Below are positions 37,376-51,048 of a stretch of DNA of 64,000 nt, in pieces. The stretch covers positions 255,874,001-255,938,000 of the forward strand of contig OZ024740.1 of assembly GCA_964016885.1 (NCBI GenBank). The letters run 5' to 3'. The stretch is from Eledone cirrhosa. Lineage: Eukaryota. A model generated the notes under the pieces. That model was not told where the DNA came from. It saw only the letters and a program-made list of their open reading frames with translations, and made no database searches. Each line of letters opens with the position of its first letter. The stretch's first letter is position 1. The position numbers and the translations under genes are program-made.

Positions 37376-39334
37376 GCAGAGTAATTCGTGGTAGCAGGGA
37401 TGGTCAGTAAGAATGTGTCTGTATTTTAGCATGTCAAAAGATATTTTTCAGCTTTTGTCTTATACGGAGAAGTGCGTGTGTGTGTATGTGTATAAGTCTC
37501 TTTGAATGTTAATGTACGCGTGTGTATGTGTGTGTGTATATGTGTGTGTGTGTGTGAGAGAATGTGTGTGTGTGTGTGTGTGTGGGGGTGGACCAGTATT
37601 TTTTTCCCCCTGGTAAAATGGTGTACATTATTCGATTTTTTCAGTAAAATCGGTTCTCTTAATAGAACATCAAAAATCTTAACAATAAAAGGTGTGAAAT
37701 GATATTCACTATATATATATACACATACATATATTCACTATATATATATAAATACACATATATTTTTTTGTGTTGCACCATAGAGCATGTGTGTTTACGT
37801 ATGTCATTGTGTTTATATGTGGGTAGAGATGTGTGCTAATGTAGGTATGTATGTTGACGTGTGTATGTTGAGGGTTCGTCTTAGGGAGAAGTGTTTAGAC
37901 GGGGTCCGTATTTGTTAATGAAGTAAGATTCCTTGCTGATGCGCTGGGTGTGGGTGGCATTATCTTTAAATTTGTAGAGGGGAAATATTCTGAAGTTGGG
38001 ATGATTTGGGGCGGCACAGTTATCAATATGTTCACTCAGTGGTATTTTCCTGTATTCCCGTATTTTAATTTGGGATCTATGGACAGTCATGCGTTGGCGG
38101 AGGCTGTTTTTGGTCTGGCCTATGTATTGTTCTCAACAACCTGAGCAAGTTAATACATATATTAGATTTTCCGATGCACATGTGAAATTGTGTTTTACTA
38201 TAAAACGTTGTCCTTCTTTGAAATAGAATTCCGAACCCTCTATTAGGTTGATGCAAATTCCACAGTTGGGTCTATCGCATTTTTTTTACTGTGGGTTTCG
38301 TTGTTGTGGTTGGCAGTACTTTGGCATGTGTTAGGATGTTTTTCATTGACTTGGATTGACTTTTGCTCTTTATGATATCGTGTGTTCGTAGGATTTGGTT
38401 TATTCTATGGTCCTTTTTCAACACAGGGATGTTCTGGAGGATGGTGTCAAAGGCCTCATTGTTGAGGGGGTTGTGTGTGGAGATGTATGGAAGAGCTTTT
38501 AGTTTCGGTTGATTTACTTTAGGGTGTCTAAGGTCCTGGGTACTGAGTTTTAGGGCACGTTGGATTCCATTGTCAATTAGTGATTCAGGGTAGTCCCTGC
38601 CTATGAGTGTGTCCTTTAGTTCTTGTAGCCGTAAGTAGCAGATGTTTTTATTGGAGACTATAGTACAGATTCTCTTGGCTAAGTTGTAGGGAATATTAAT
38701 TTTAACGTGTCTAGGGTGGCAAGAGTTGAAAGGGAGATACTGTTTGGAGTCTGTGGGCTTGTAGTATATGTCTGTTTCTATTTTTTTGTTATGGATCTTA
38801 ATGAGGATGTCGAGGAAGGGGAGTTGTTGATGGCTGTATTCCATCGTGAAGTTAATATTCGTGTTGAGCCCATTTATAAGGGTGTGAAATTCTTTAAGTT
38901 TTTCGATGTTTTCGTGCCAAAGGATGAAGCAGTCATCTAGATATCGCTTCCAGTTCCTTTCAATGTGTAAGTGGAGGGTGTTTCCACATTTATTTAGGAC
39001 TTTAGTGTAGAGGGTGATTTCTAGGTATCCCATGACTAGGTTGGCATAAGTGGGGGCTGTTTTTGTTCCCATAGCGGTCCCAGATTTCTGCCTGTAGGGT
39101 TTGTTATTGAAAACGAAGTAATTGTTCTCCAAGATAAATTTGAAAAGCATTTAGAAATGCGCAACCGGTAAAAACTTAAAAACTTAAAACCACAACTGAA
39201 TACTAACCCATACAATTACTAATACTCTTTTATTCCTAATTAAACCATTTTTCAACTGTGAACAATTTGTCAGCATTTTCTATTCCGTTTACCAATATAT
39301 AATAACTTGTGTGTTACACCTCTATTCTTTTAAC
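36750..39334 (-). mobile_element. 5'-truncated Penelope-like element (Neptune-like motifs) with inverted arms 36750-36907 and 39141-39298
   Basis: ORF 38272-39150: GTAMGT..APTYANL.MG, WKRYLDD, LPFLD, YYKPTD, SCHP; frameshifted knuckle and GIY-YIG to 37881 (E..FI.KY.P.LN). Confidence 0.92.
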
Positions 39335-39351
39335 TATATATATATATATAT

Positions 39352-39682
<331 letters not shown>

Positions 39683-39929
39683 AACTAAAAAGATTGATAC
39701 GTTTTATTGAGAACAAATAGTGAAAAAAATGAGAAAAGTCAATCTGTGAGTGTTGTATGTATAACAAAGAGCATGTATTAATAGTAAGTATATCATGTCG
39801 TTTGTGTGTTATGGGTATAATTAAATGCATGTGTTCATATTTAAAATAAGTTCAGGGTAGGTTGTGTAAATGCTGTTTGATTAATTGATGAGCATCAGGG
39901 TGGATGAGTATCCAAATTGATGTTATGTT

Positions 39930-40222
39930 TATTCCAACAGGAAAGAAGATACGATCTCATGTGTGGGCAACTTCTAAATATAAGATTTAGAGTTAAGACA
40001 AGTATTTGGAGATGTCAGATTTTGTAGGATTCTATATTTCTCGGTTATGCATAAGGGACATTTTCTTGTGCCCTTTTCATATTATTTTGATTGGTTTAAA
40101 ATAGACCAATCAATTAGATATGGAATCCGAAGTTCTTTCATCTCCCACACTCTGTTTGCCAGCGCCGTAGTTTTCTTTTTTCTGGCTGACTGAAGGAGCG
40201 ATATGTGCGTAACATTTTATGT
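39930..40222 (-). pseudogene. Penelope-like C-terminal fragment
   Basis: Manual translation TTALANRVWEMK..IDWSIL..CPLCITEK..LNSK..CPH, similar to the end of ORF 2197-3663. Confidence 0.7.
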
Positions 40223-40329
40223 ATATGTATATGTGCTTGTATGTATATCTGATTCTGTGTGTACATGTATATTTTCCGTTATTTTATTTTATTCATTTTT
40301 AATTTCAAATCTTATATCCACAACATAAA

Positions 40330-42181
40330 TAATTCATCTGTCGCACCTCCAACATTTTAGTTTTGTTAATTAGGAGTTGTTCAGCATACCTTTCTTCCCA
40401 GCTGCTTGTTCATCTGTGATGATGTTATTATTGTCACAATGATCTTGGAGAAATAGGTTCAAGCAGGCTGTATACATCTTATACATCAGATTCTGGCATG
40501 CACTGCATCGGGATTTTTTTGCCAAGTGATTGTCTTTGTTCTTGGGGACCAGTATTGTTAGTGCTAATGTCAACCACCCTGGCATATGTGCATCTCTCTT
40601 GAGATCTTGTTGGTAGAGGTTGATAAGATATATCTAATAGAATGTCAATTTTGTGTACTAGTAGCCGACAATCAAATCTCTTCCTGGTGGTTTCTTACCT
40701 TGTAGTTTTCCTATCACAGTCTCAAGGTTACCCTCACTTATTTCGTATGTTTTTGTTGTGGCGTGGGGGCAATAGTTCTTTTATATTTCTTTTAGTTACA
40801 TTGCATCTTGGTTAAAATTCTTTTCACCCAATATCTTCTCCAGAAAAAAATCTGTCTTTCTGGGATGGGGCCTCAGTGACATTTATTACTTTGCCCTTCA
40901 TATCTCTATTGAGTGATGTTTGGTTTCGTCTGAATCTTTTATTAAGCATTTTTCTTTCAGCCACCCTCTTCTCGTATCGAAGTTTCTCACTGAAAGCTTT
41001 CAATTCTTGTTTGAGGGTGATTAGCTTATATTGAAGTGTTCTGGTTGTACTGTCTCAAAAAATCATTTCTATTTTGTTTTTTACTTTTCGTTGGTGAAAA
41101 GTGAAGATTTTATTTTGTTTTTGTTTGCATGTAAGGAACATTGTCACATATCCTAGTTTTCCGTAAGTCAGCAATCTTTTCCCTATATTAGTAATATATG
41201 ATGTTGTTTTTGGTGGTGTTTTGTTCTTGTTAACATCTCTGTTATCACCAAGATAATGTTTTACTGTCTTTGCCAGGGTATATAAACAGACGTTGATTTC
41301 CCAAAATGTACGGGATTTAATTCGTTGTAAATATTCATCCCCAATTTCATCAATAGCACACAAGATTTCATTATTTGGTTTCATTTTGTTTAGTACTGTT
41401 GTTTTATTACGTTCAGCGAGAGAAATGTTTATAAATGAATTAATTTCTCTCTGGAAGGTTTCGCTGAGAGTATACTTCAATTGATTTTCCAAGCTAATGG
41501 CAGACGTATTATTATCAACATTGTTTTCCACAAGAGTCGAGGTAGAATCATTTCGTGTCAAATTTCTTACCGGCATAGTTGTTTCAAGGGCCTGTTCGTA
41601 TATTGTTATTATTTGTTGATGTTCCGCCTGGCTGCTAGAAAGTTTAGTAACATGGCAACCTGTAGTACATGTTTTTCATTGCATGTTCGTTTTGGAGGAC
41701 TTACACTGAATAATGTACATATTATTTTTACATTCAACAAACGTCGCTGTGAAGTGATTTAACTCAGGATGTATTTCGTCCCAGTATAGCTTCATTCTGT
41801 TCGGAGGGATTTTTTTTTTACCATTTTATAACAATTAAATAAATCATTATTAAGTTCATAATTTCAAAAGAAATGCAATTTATAATTTCGGTTCCTTCTG
41901 TAGCTACAACAATATAAATTTTGTTTACCTTTCTTTTTGTTGTTTTTATTCGGTACTCTATTAATGTTGTTGGTGTTGTGTTCAGTCACACTCTTTGTAA
42001 CAAATCCTTGCTTGCAAAATAAATAAAGTATTTATTCGGATATCTATACAAATTCGAATAAAAGGTGTCTTCTGTGGGTATAGTCATAAGAATATCTAGT
42101 TATTCAACACGGCTGGTATTTGTGGCATTACTGTCAGAGATAGTATCTATCTCCCACGCCAATATGTGCGATTGATCGCGT
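40330..42181 (-). mobile_element. R4/Dong-like element 5' half, related subfamily (copy D)
   Basis: ORFs 41055-41576 and 40370-40585 (WLTLA.T.LVPK..ACQNLMYK..DEQAAGKKG) colinear with 47641-49722. Confidence 0.82.
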
Positions 42182-42199
42182 TTATTATGTATGTATGTT

Positions 42200-44930
42200 T
42201 CTCTTTCTTTTAATTTAGAGTACATTTTTGACCAGCCACCTTTCTGGTGGCAAGCTTGTGAATGAAAAGAAATTGCCACTCTTGAATCGCAAGAATGTTT
42301 TGCAAATTTTAAAGGTGCCAGCTATCGCAGCCATTTGTAGGCTATGCATTAGGGAGCTCGTTCTTTGTCCACAAATCCAAGTTGAGTTATAGTTTGGTCC
42401 AAGCGGGTTGGTATATAACCTGTAGCTCCAATAATGATGGTTATGAAGCTGAAGGCGTATCTTGGATACTGGATCTGCAAACTCCTCATCAATGGCTCGT
42501 AGATGTCCTGCTTCTTTTGTATTATTCTTACAACGTTGACATCAAGTGGTCAGCTAATCTTTACAACAGACCACGTTTTCATTGTGTGCTTTAATTTGGT
42601 GGCTGTTTTTATTTTCAGGTTCAACCAGTATTCCTTAGTGTCATCTATCTCAACGTACTCGTTCTCATTTGTTTTTAATTTTGTTTTCCTAAGTGCGTTC
42701 CAGATGGTTCTCCCTATCACATCGTGTCTCATAGGGAGGTAGTAGCAGACGACATTCTTTCGCAGTTGGCAACAATGTGGCTAACATCTTCAATCTTTGT
42801 TTTACAAAGCCTACATTTATTGTCGACTGATGGCCCTCCTCTTTTGTGTAGCAGATATTTGGTAGGGATTTCTTGTTCCTGTATTGCATAGAGATATCCT
42901 TCAAGGTGGGATGTCATAAACTTGTCGGAACTTCATGCCAGGCTTTTTGAATGATTTACCCCATCTATGGTCTATATTTTTTGTCTCAGATACCCATGCA
43001 CAACTTTCTCTGTAAAGTGGTCCATTCTTTTTATCTTGTTCGAACATGGAATAGGATCTTCCAATTTCTCTGCGAGAGAGATTTATATAAGGCCTTCTTC
43101 CATATCTCATCTTCCAGATCAGTGGCTAAACTAATGATATTATTTCCTTCATGCTCAGACCTGGGCAAGATGGTTGCTGGCCTTTTTCTTCTCCTGAAGA
43201 TCTTGCTTTAGTGTTACTATTCGGCTCTAGTATGATGTTAATATGGATTTTAGACCCCGGCAACCTGCCTTGCGTGAGAAGTATAGCTTATCCACATCAC
43301 CATTGATGTTAAAGTTTGCAGTAATACTGAGAAGCCTGTTGGTTCTTACATCCATCTCACCTAGTTCTTGAAATGACCAGTTCAGCAAACCAAATGTTGG
43401 CGTTAGGATTGGCACAGCATAAGTATTGTGGGCAATGTATTTGATAGTTCTTATGACCATATTTTCTTTACTCTCCTGGGGTATTCAGTTCCCGTTCTCT
43501 CCTTATTTATGGGCCCATCATATCACACATTCTCATCCTTTCCAAGATATCTGTAGTTGTGACCTGACTGTAGAGGTTCTTTTGTCAAGCCCTTCATCTC
43601 TAGATTTCCAGAGGAGGGCACAAGTCTTCCACGTTTTACTGTCAAATATGCACATTTAGACTCACCAAATTTCATTCTGATGTCTGCAGAAAATTGTGTA
43701 ATGAGGTCCAATTGTTTTTTGATATAGGTGATATTTGGCCCATACAACTTCAGGTCTTCAACAAAGAAAAGATGGGAGATACTTCTGGACCCATTTCCAT
43801 GACCACTTTGTTTAGTGAGCAGGTACAATAGTGGGTTTAGTGAGAGGACGAAGAGCAGCACTGATAAGCTATCACCCTGAAATATGCCTTTCTGGTAGTG
43901 TATCGTATCAGACTTAATTTGCTCCTTCTCACCCATAAGGATCAAATTAGTCTACCAGTTCTTGGTCAGGCGTTCAACAGTAGCTACTAGTGGTTGTGGG
44001 AGTTTGGCTAACTGTAAAGCCTTAACAATCCACCCATGAGATACACTATCAAATGCCTTGTGATAGTCCAGCCACACCACAGTCATGTTCCTGCGATTCT
44101 TTGCTGTTTTCCCTGTACCATTTTATTTGTTAGTAGGTGATCTATGCAACCCAACACCTCCTTTCCGCCAGCTTGCTCAGGTATTATAAGGTTGTTGGTG
44201 GCACAATGATTCTGTAAGAAAAGTTTAAGGTACCCAGTGTATAATTTATACATTGTTTTGTCTGGACATGCTGGCAGTATTCCTGTTCCAGCATTTTTAG
44301 CCATTTAGTTTGTTAAATACATCATTCGTTTCCCATACAGATCTCCAGTAGCTCTCAACCTGTTCTTTTGTAGGGTTGTCATTTACAGAGATTGAGCTTT
44401 TCCCATTGAAGCTGCGATAAACTGATTTGGGATCTCTGGCAAATCATCTATTTAGCACTTGCCGTTTATGTGCTATTGACTTATATCGTAGTCTTTCTGT
44501 TGCAGCTGTGAGTTGTTATTTCAACTGGTGTAGTTTGGAGTTTAGAGTTTTAAATCTCGTATCTCCAAATCGCCTCTCTAGATTTTTTCTTACGACTTCC
44601 TGATGTCGTGTGAAGTTGCTCTCTATGTTGCATTTTATATCTACAGTGATCTGTGCGATACTTCGCTCAGGGACAAAATTTTGTGTTTTAAATTACGCAT
44701 CCACGCTGGTTCAAGCTTTCTGTTTGTATCTTGGCTGCGTGGTTTTAGTTGTTTATGATAGGATAGCAATGTGATAGCTGAAACATATAACAAAATATTA
44801 ATTCATATGTTGTTTCCACACCTTCGGATCGTGAGGCATTCAGATAATTGTCAGCTATTTCGTTTACTGCTTCCACTTCCAATTTAGTGAGCTCTTTACT
44901 GATTCTGGTCTTTTACTCACATTAAAGCTG
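42200..44930 (-). mobile_element. Degenerate R4/Dong-like element, more distant family (copy E)
   Basis: KGIFQGDSLSVLLFVLSLNPL, FFVEDLKLY, AIQEQEI..CRLCK..HIVANC, MRHD..EYWLN; many frameshifts. Confidence 0.85.
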
Positions 44931-44953
44931 TGTATCTCTTGAAATATATAATT

Positions 44954-45135
44954 GTTCCTACTTTTGGCACAAGGCCTGCAATCACCCAGTACATTAATGG
45001 TACTTTATTTTATCGACCCCGTAGGGATGAAAGGCAAATTAACCTTGGCGGGATTTGAACTCAGATTGGCAAGGGCCATAACTCTATGCGTCAAAGCATG
45101 GCGTCCGACTCTCTACCGATACTGCCAATCCACTC
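44954..45135 (-). mobile_element. tRNA-derived SINE
   Basis: B box GAGTTCAAATC on minus strand; similar to 25380-25558. Confidence 0.78.
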
Positions 45136-45639
45136 CATATCACTTGTAATGTGTCCACAAGTTTTATGGTGTTCTGTTTGTACAGTAGAATTATGGATTT
45201 CACCTACGTTGTTGGTGTGCTGTTTACTGCTAGATTCAACTGACCATTCTCTCTGTTCATCAGTGGAAGTGGGATGGATTTCAGCTACGTTGTTGGTGAG
45301 CTGTTTACACCTAGATTTAGCTGACCATTCTCTCTATCTGTCAATGGAAGTGGAATGTTTATCTTCAATAGTGTCACTCAGTTCCGTTAGATATATCAAT
45401 TTACAACTATATGATACATTTTGCCTGTTCATTTAAATGTTTTGGGGAAAAGTCTAATTCTGGGTGTTTGCTCGATAGATGGGCCTCTACGCTTCAAATG
45501 TTGTCGGAGGCATATGATGCGATATTCAAATGCTGTCTGGACTGATGTTAGACCTCGATCTCTCTGCTTACATTTCAAGTAGAGGCGGTCTATGTCACTG
45601 TTGATGTGGAAGTTTCCGGTATTGTATGTATGAATGTAT

Positions 45640-46018
45640 GTAGGGCGGAGGAACTTAGGAGAGTCAACGGCCATCCAATAAAGTTTTTTTTATGTGAAAC
45701 GAGAGACTCTTAGTCTTCATTAAAACATTTCTCAAGGAGAAGGCCACTCTAGACATCGTTTGCATCCAATGGCGTAGACCAGTTTTCTTTTGGGGCAAAT
45801 GCATTCGATGTTCAGAGAGTGGGATTTGTCCCGTGCAAAGCCTTTCCTCACTTAAGAAAGTTTCAAGTACAGGCATGGTTTGATACGTAACATTTTTTGC
45901 GATGCGTCGTATTGCTGGCAACAGGCAAGGCCCTAGCAGGACTATAAAGCCGCGTTCGTGATACTTATGCTTAAGTATCAAGGACGTGGCGTTACTCGAA
46001 TTTGAGTTGCAGTCATCA
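45640..46018 (+). mobile_element. RTE-like non-autonomous repeat with (TATG)n tail (related copy about 58680-59290 minus)
   Basis: gagtcaacggccatccaa shared with 50580; aacgagagactcttagtcttcattaa shared with 59219-59245 minus; 3' end tggcgttactcgaatttgagttgcagtcatc. Confidence 0.6.
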
Positions 46019-46032
46019 TTTATGTATGTATG

Positions 46033-46380
46033 TTCTTCTGGTTTTATAATTTCACAAATTTTTGCCAATAGAGAAAGAGAGAGTCAGTTTCTAACATAAA
46101 CACAAGACTCTCTCATTGGAATTTACACAATATCAACTAGGTAGATATGTATGTATGTCTGCATCCATGTGTAGATATGGTTGTTATTGTATGTGTGGAT
46201 GTGTATGTTTTGAGTTGTATGTGCACATGTGTATATGCTTAGTATCTGTACATGTGTATATGCAGTTATTAGATGCAAAATGTTTGGAATGTTTTACATA
46301 TTTTACAGTTCCATTAATGGATTGTACTTGTAATTTCCTAACTAGTTGTGTTCTTTCTGTGCCCAGCTTCTCAAGATTTG
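46033..46380 (-). mobile_element. R4/Dong-like 3' end fragment
   Basis: TNLEKLG..LVRKLQVQSINGTVK plus 3' UTR ending ccagaagaac-(ATAC)n. Confidence 0.85.
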
Positions 46381-46395
46381 TATGTATATATGTAT

Positions 46396-49300
46396 TTTCT
46401 TCTGGTTTTATAATTTCACAAATTTTTTCCCAATAAAGAGGGTCGGTTTCTAACATAGACACAAAACTCTCTCATTGGAATTTACAAAACATCAGCTAGG
46501 TAGATTATGTATGCATGCATGTGTAGATATGGATGTTATTGTATGTGTGGCATCTGCTGGGCAGCCTCATAGGTAGATAGTACCGCGATGACATCTTTGG
46601 AGAGCTGCTGATGACATGGGTGACATCTTCGATGTTAATTCTGCAGAGTCTGCACTTGTTATCACATCTAGGTGTTTTGCTTGTATCCCTATCTCTTTTG
46701 TGAATCAGGTATTTCGTGCTAATCTCCTGTTCTTGGATTGCAAAAGCGTATCCTTCAAAGTGGGAGCCAATATAGCGGTTGTTGGTCCAAGATAGACTAC
46801 TTTCCTTATCTATATTACTCTCACTCTGCAGCTTCCTGGCAACATATCCATGCATGATTTTTTGCTGATAGGCATGCAGTTTTTCATCCATGGATTCACT
46901 GCGATACTGCTGAGCGACATCCCTGGGTGTGAGTTTCTGATTATCACACAGGGAATATCTCTCAAGTAGTTCCTTCCCAACTCTCATGATCTTATCTGTT
47001 TCATGCAGATATACTTGCTCGAGAAGCGGGCTCCTACGCTTCGAGGTTCGTAGATGTTGTCGGAGAGATATGATGCGACATTCAAATGTTGTCTGGACTG
47101 GTGTTAGGCCTCTTCCTCCCTACCTACGTTTCAAGTAAAGGCGGTCTATGTCACTGTTGATGTGGAAGTTTCCGGTGTTGTTCAGTATTTTTCGAGTTCC
47201 AACATCAACTGCTCGGATTTCGTCTATCGTCCAATTGAGTATTCCAAACGTTGGTGTTAGGACAGGCACAGCAAACACATTGTGAGCCACTGTTTTATTT
47301 TGCGCAGAGAGTTCCGATGACCAGATCTTTCTTAATCGGGTGTAGTATTCCCTGGTTACGCGTTCTTTATTACAGATACCATTATAGGATATGTTCTCAT
47401 CTATCCCCAGCTATCTGTAGCAGTCCTCATCAGATATCGGTGAAACAGTTAGACCATTGATGACAATGTTGCTAGATTGGGTTGTTGTTTTCCCCCGCTT
47501 TACAGTCATGTATGAGCATTTATCTTAGCCAAACTCCATTCCTATATCCTTTCAGAACGTTGTAACCAGGTCAAGATTTTTCTTCATCCCATCCATGTTC
47601 TTGGCATAGAGTTTCCGATCGTCCACAAAGAAGTTATGGGTTAGGTTCGTATTTCTGTCCTCCTGTGGGCCTCACATTTCTTGAGCAGAAAGGACAAGGG
47701 GTTTAATGACAAGATGAACAATATCACAGAGAGACTGTCCCCCTGAAATATACCCCTGCAATATTTTATTTTATCAGTGAAAATAGAGTCCTCCCTCTCT
47801 GTCTTTAACCTTAGGATAGTAGCCCAAGAAGAATACAGCCTCTCTATGGCCCTGACAATAATGTCTGGGACATTAGCAAGTTGGAGGGCCTCTATCATCC
47901 AAGAGTGGGGAACAGAATCGAAAGCTTTCTTGTAGTCCAGCCAGACTGTAGTCATATTCCTCCTAAATTGTCGCACCTCCGACATCGCAGTTTTGTTGAT
48001 TAGGAGTTGTTCAGCACATCCCCAAACCCTTTTCTTTCCAGCCGCTTGTTCATCTGTGATGATGTTATTATTTTCACAGTGATCTTGGAGGAATAGGTTG
48101 AGGCAGGCTGAATACATCTTATACATTAGGTTCTGGCATGCAATGGGTCGGTAGTTTTTTGCCAAGTGGGTGTCTTTGTTCTTGGAGACCAGTAACGTTT
48201 GTGCTAATGTCAACCATTCTGGTATAAGTGTATCTCCCTTAAGAACTTGTTGGTAGAGGTCAGTAAGATATCTCCGATTGAATATTAGCTTTTTGTACCA
48301 GTAGCCGACAATCATGTCTCTTCCTGGTGTTTTCTTATCTTGGAGTTTTCCTATCACAGTCTCAAGGGTACCCTCACTTATTTCGTATGTTTTTGTTGTA
48401 GTGTAGGAGCAATAGTTCTTTCGGATTTCTCTTAGCCACATTGCATCTTGGTTGAAATTCTTCTTTTCACCCCATATTTTTCTCCAAAAGGAATCTATGT
48501 CTTTCTGGGATGGGGCCTCAGTGACACTTATTATTTTGCCCTTCATATCTCTATAGACTGTTGTGTGGTTTCGTCTGAAACTTTTATTAAGCATTTTTCT
48601 CTCATCTACCTTCTTCAGGTATCGGCGTTTTTCGCAACAGCTCTCAATTCTTGTTTGAGGGTGATCAGCTTATATTGGAGAGTTCTGGTTCTACTGTTAC
48701 CAAACATCGTCTCTATTTTATTTTTCACTCTTTGTTGGTGAGGAGTGAGGTTTTTTTGTGTTTGTTTGCATGTAAGGAGCATTATCACATGTCCTATGTT
48801 TTTTCGTAGGTCAGCACTCTTTTTTTCTATTTTAGTTATATATATGTTGGTATTTTTGGTGGTGTTTTGTTCTTGTTAATATCTCTGCTATCACCAAGAT
48901 AATGCTTCACTGTCATTGCTAAGGCATATAAACAGGCGTTGATTTGCCAAAATGTTGGGGTTTTTATCCGTCGTAAATATTCATCCCCTATTTCGTCAAT
49001 AACACGTAGTATTTCATTATTTGGTTATTTATTCACCATTGTCATTTTAACACGTTCAGCCGGAGAGGTATTTTTACATGAGTTAATTTCTCTCTGGAAG
49101 ATTTCGTTAAGGGAAATTTTCAATTGTTTATACTTTTGATTATCATTATCGATAGTATTTTCCACAACAGTCGAGGTAGACTCAGATGGTATACGTGGTG
49201 TCACATTTCTTCGATTATTATTATTATTTCTTCGATTATTATTATTATCGATAGTGTTTTCCCCAGCATTCGAGGTAGACTTAGAGGGTACAGGCATAGT

Positions 49301-49936
49301 TGTTTCAACGCGCTGTACGACCTGGCTGCTAGGAAGTCTAATAGCATCGCGATCTGTAGCACGTGTTGTTGATTCCATGTTTGTTGTGGGGGACATACAA
49401 TTAATAATATTTATCTTATTTTTACGTTCAACAAACGTCGCTTGTTGGCGTAATTGTTTCGCTGTGAAATAATTTAGCTCTGGGTGCATTTCGTCCCAGT
49501 GTAGCTTCATTCTATCTTATAGCCAATGGAGGGATTGTTTTTTGCCGTTTTATAACAATTAAATAAATCATTATTAAGTTCGCAACTCCAAGAGAAATGC
49601 GATTTATAATTTCGGTTTCTTCTGTAGCTACAACTGAATAAAGTTTGATTACCTTCTTTGTTATTTGTCTTCGATACTTCCTTTTTTGTTGATGTTGTGT
49701 TCAGCCATGCTGTTTGTAGCAAATCCTTGTAAAATGAACTATGTATTTAGTCGGATATCTCTACGAATTCGAATAAAAGGTGTCTTCAGAAGGGATAGTT
49801 AGAAGAATAACCAGTTATTCAACCTGACTGTAGTTGTGGCATTACTGTCGGAGATAGTATTCATCTTAAATTTAATAAATAGTCTCCCACGCCAAAATAT
49901 GCGACTGATCGCGTTGACTGATGGAATCTGATGGAA
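46396..49936 (-). mobile_element. Near full-length R4/Dong-like element with internal deletions (copy B)
   Basis: 5' UTR, N-terminal W..ELN..L..CY..PSIGY region, RT 47641-48594 (YRPIAC, WLDYKKAFDSVPH, GIFQGDSLS), CRLC..H knuckle; both ends in (TACA)n. Confidence 0.92.
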
Positions 49937-49966
49937 TGTATGTATGTATGTATGTATGTATGTATG

Positions 49967-50311
49967 TACCTGCAACCCTGATGGTATCCAATGATGTTGA
50001 CTTGTTCTTCTTTTTGGTAAATATCATCTTAGTTAAGCGAGTGGGACTGGCTTTGTGCAGTGCCTTTGCTCACTATAAAAGCTTCACGGCACAGGCATTG
50101 CTTTATATCTGGAGATCTCTCTGCACTTGTCATCACATGGTACCATGGGCCCTGCACTATGTGTCAATAATGGTCACAAGTGTAGCCTTTGTACCAGAGT
50201 TTTCAAGTCGCTGGCTGGACTAAAAAGTCCCACTCGTTCAGCGCATCGGTAGGGGTTCTCCTACATGGATATAAAGTAGTGGCCGTACTCGAAAACGAGT
50301 TGACAGCCACC
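49967..50311 (+). mobile_element. RTE-like non-autonomous repeat, 5'-truncated, long (TATG)n tail
   Basis: Highly similar to 50669-51013. Confidence 0.75.
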
Positions 50312-50407
50312 ATGTATGCATGTATGTATGTATGTATGTATGTATGTATGTATGTATGTATGTATGTATGTATGTATGTATGTATGTATGTATGTATGTA
50401 TGTATGT

Positions 50408-51013
50408 CAGGTCACCAGTTGGTGCTACTGGTAACATGTATCCCAGTACAACCTGTCCCATGGTCGGGTCATTGGCGACTAAACTGGCAACCCCACCAAG
50501 ATTTCTTGGTGAGGAGGCTGACTTTGGACATCCTGCAGGACTAAAACCAAAACCTGTCAAAGGGCAAAGGAGCTCTTAAGAGTCAATGGCCATCCAAAAT
50601 CACCGGGAGAGATGACCCCTTAGCCTTTGTCAAGGCAGAATTCTAGGAGAAGGAAAACGCTGATATAACACCTGCAACCCTGATGGTATCCAATGATGTT
50701 GACTTGTTCTTCTTTTTGGTAAATATCATCTTGGTTGAGAGAGTGGGACTGGCTTTGTGCAGTGCCTTTGCTCACTATAAAAGCTTCACGGCACAGGCGT
50801 TGCTTTATATCTGGAGATCTCTCTGCATTTGTCGTCACATGGTACCAAGGGCCTGGCACTATGTGTCAATAATTGTCACAAGTACAGTGTTTGTACCAGA
50901 GTTTTCAAGTCGCTGGCTGAACTAAAAAGTCACACTCGTTCAGCGCATCGGTGGGGATTCTCCTACATGGATTTAAAGTAGTGGCCGTACTCGAAAACGA
51001 GTTGGCAGCCCCC
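50408..51013 (+). mobile_element. RTE-like non-autonomous repeat with (TATG)n tail
   Basis: RTE 5'UTR-like tctaggagaaggaaaac motif; 3' end gtggccgtactcgaaaacgagttggcagcc-(ATGT)n; RTE assignment is an inference. Confidence 0.7.
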
Positions 51014-51048
51014 ATGTATGTATGTATGTAAGTATTTATGTATGTATG

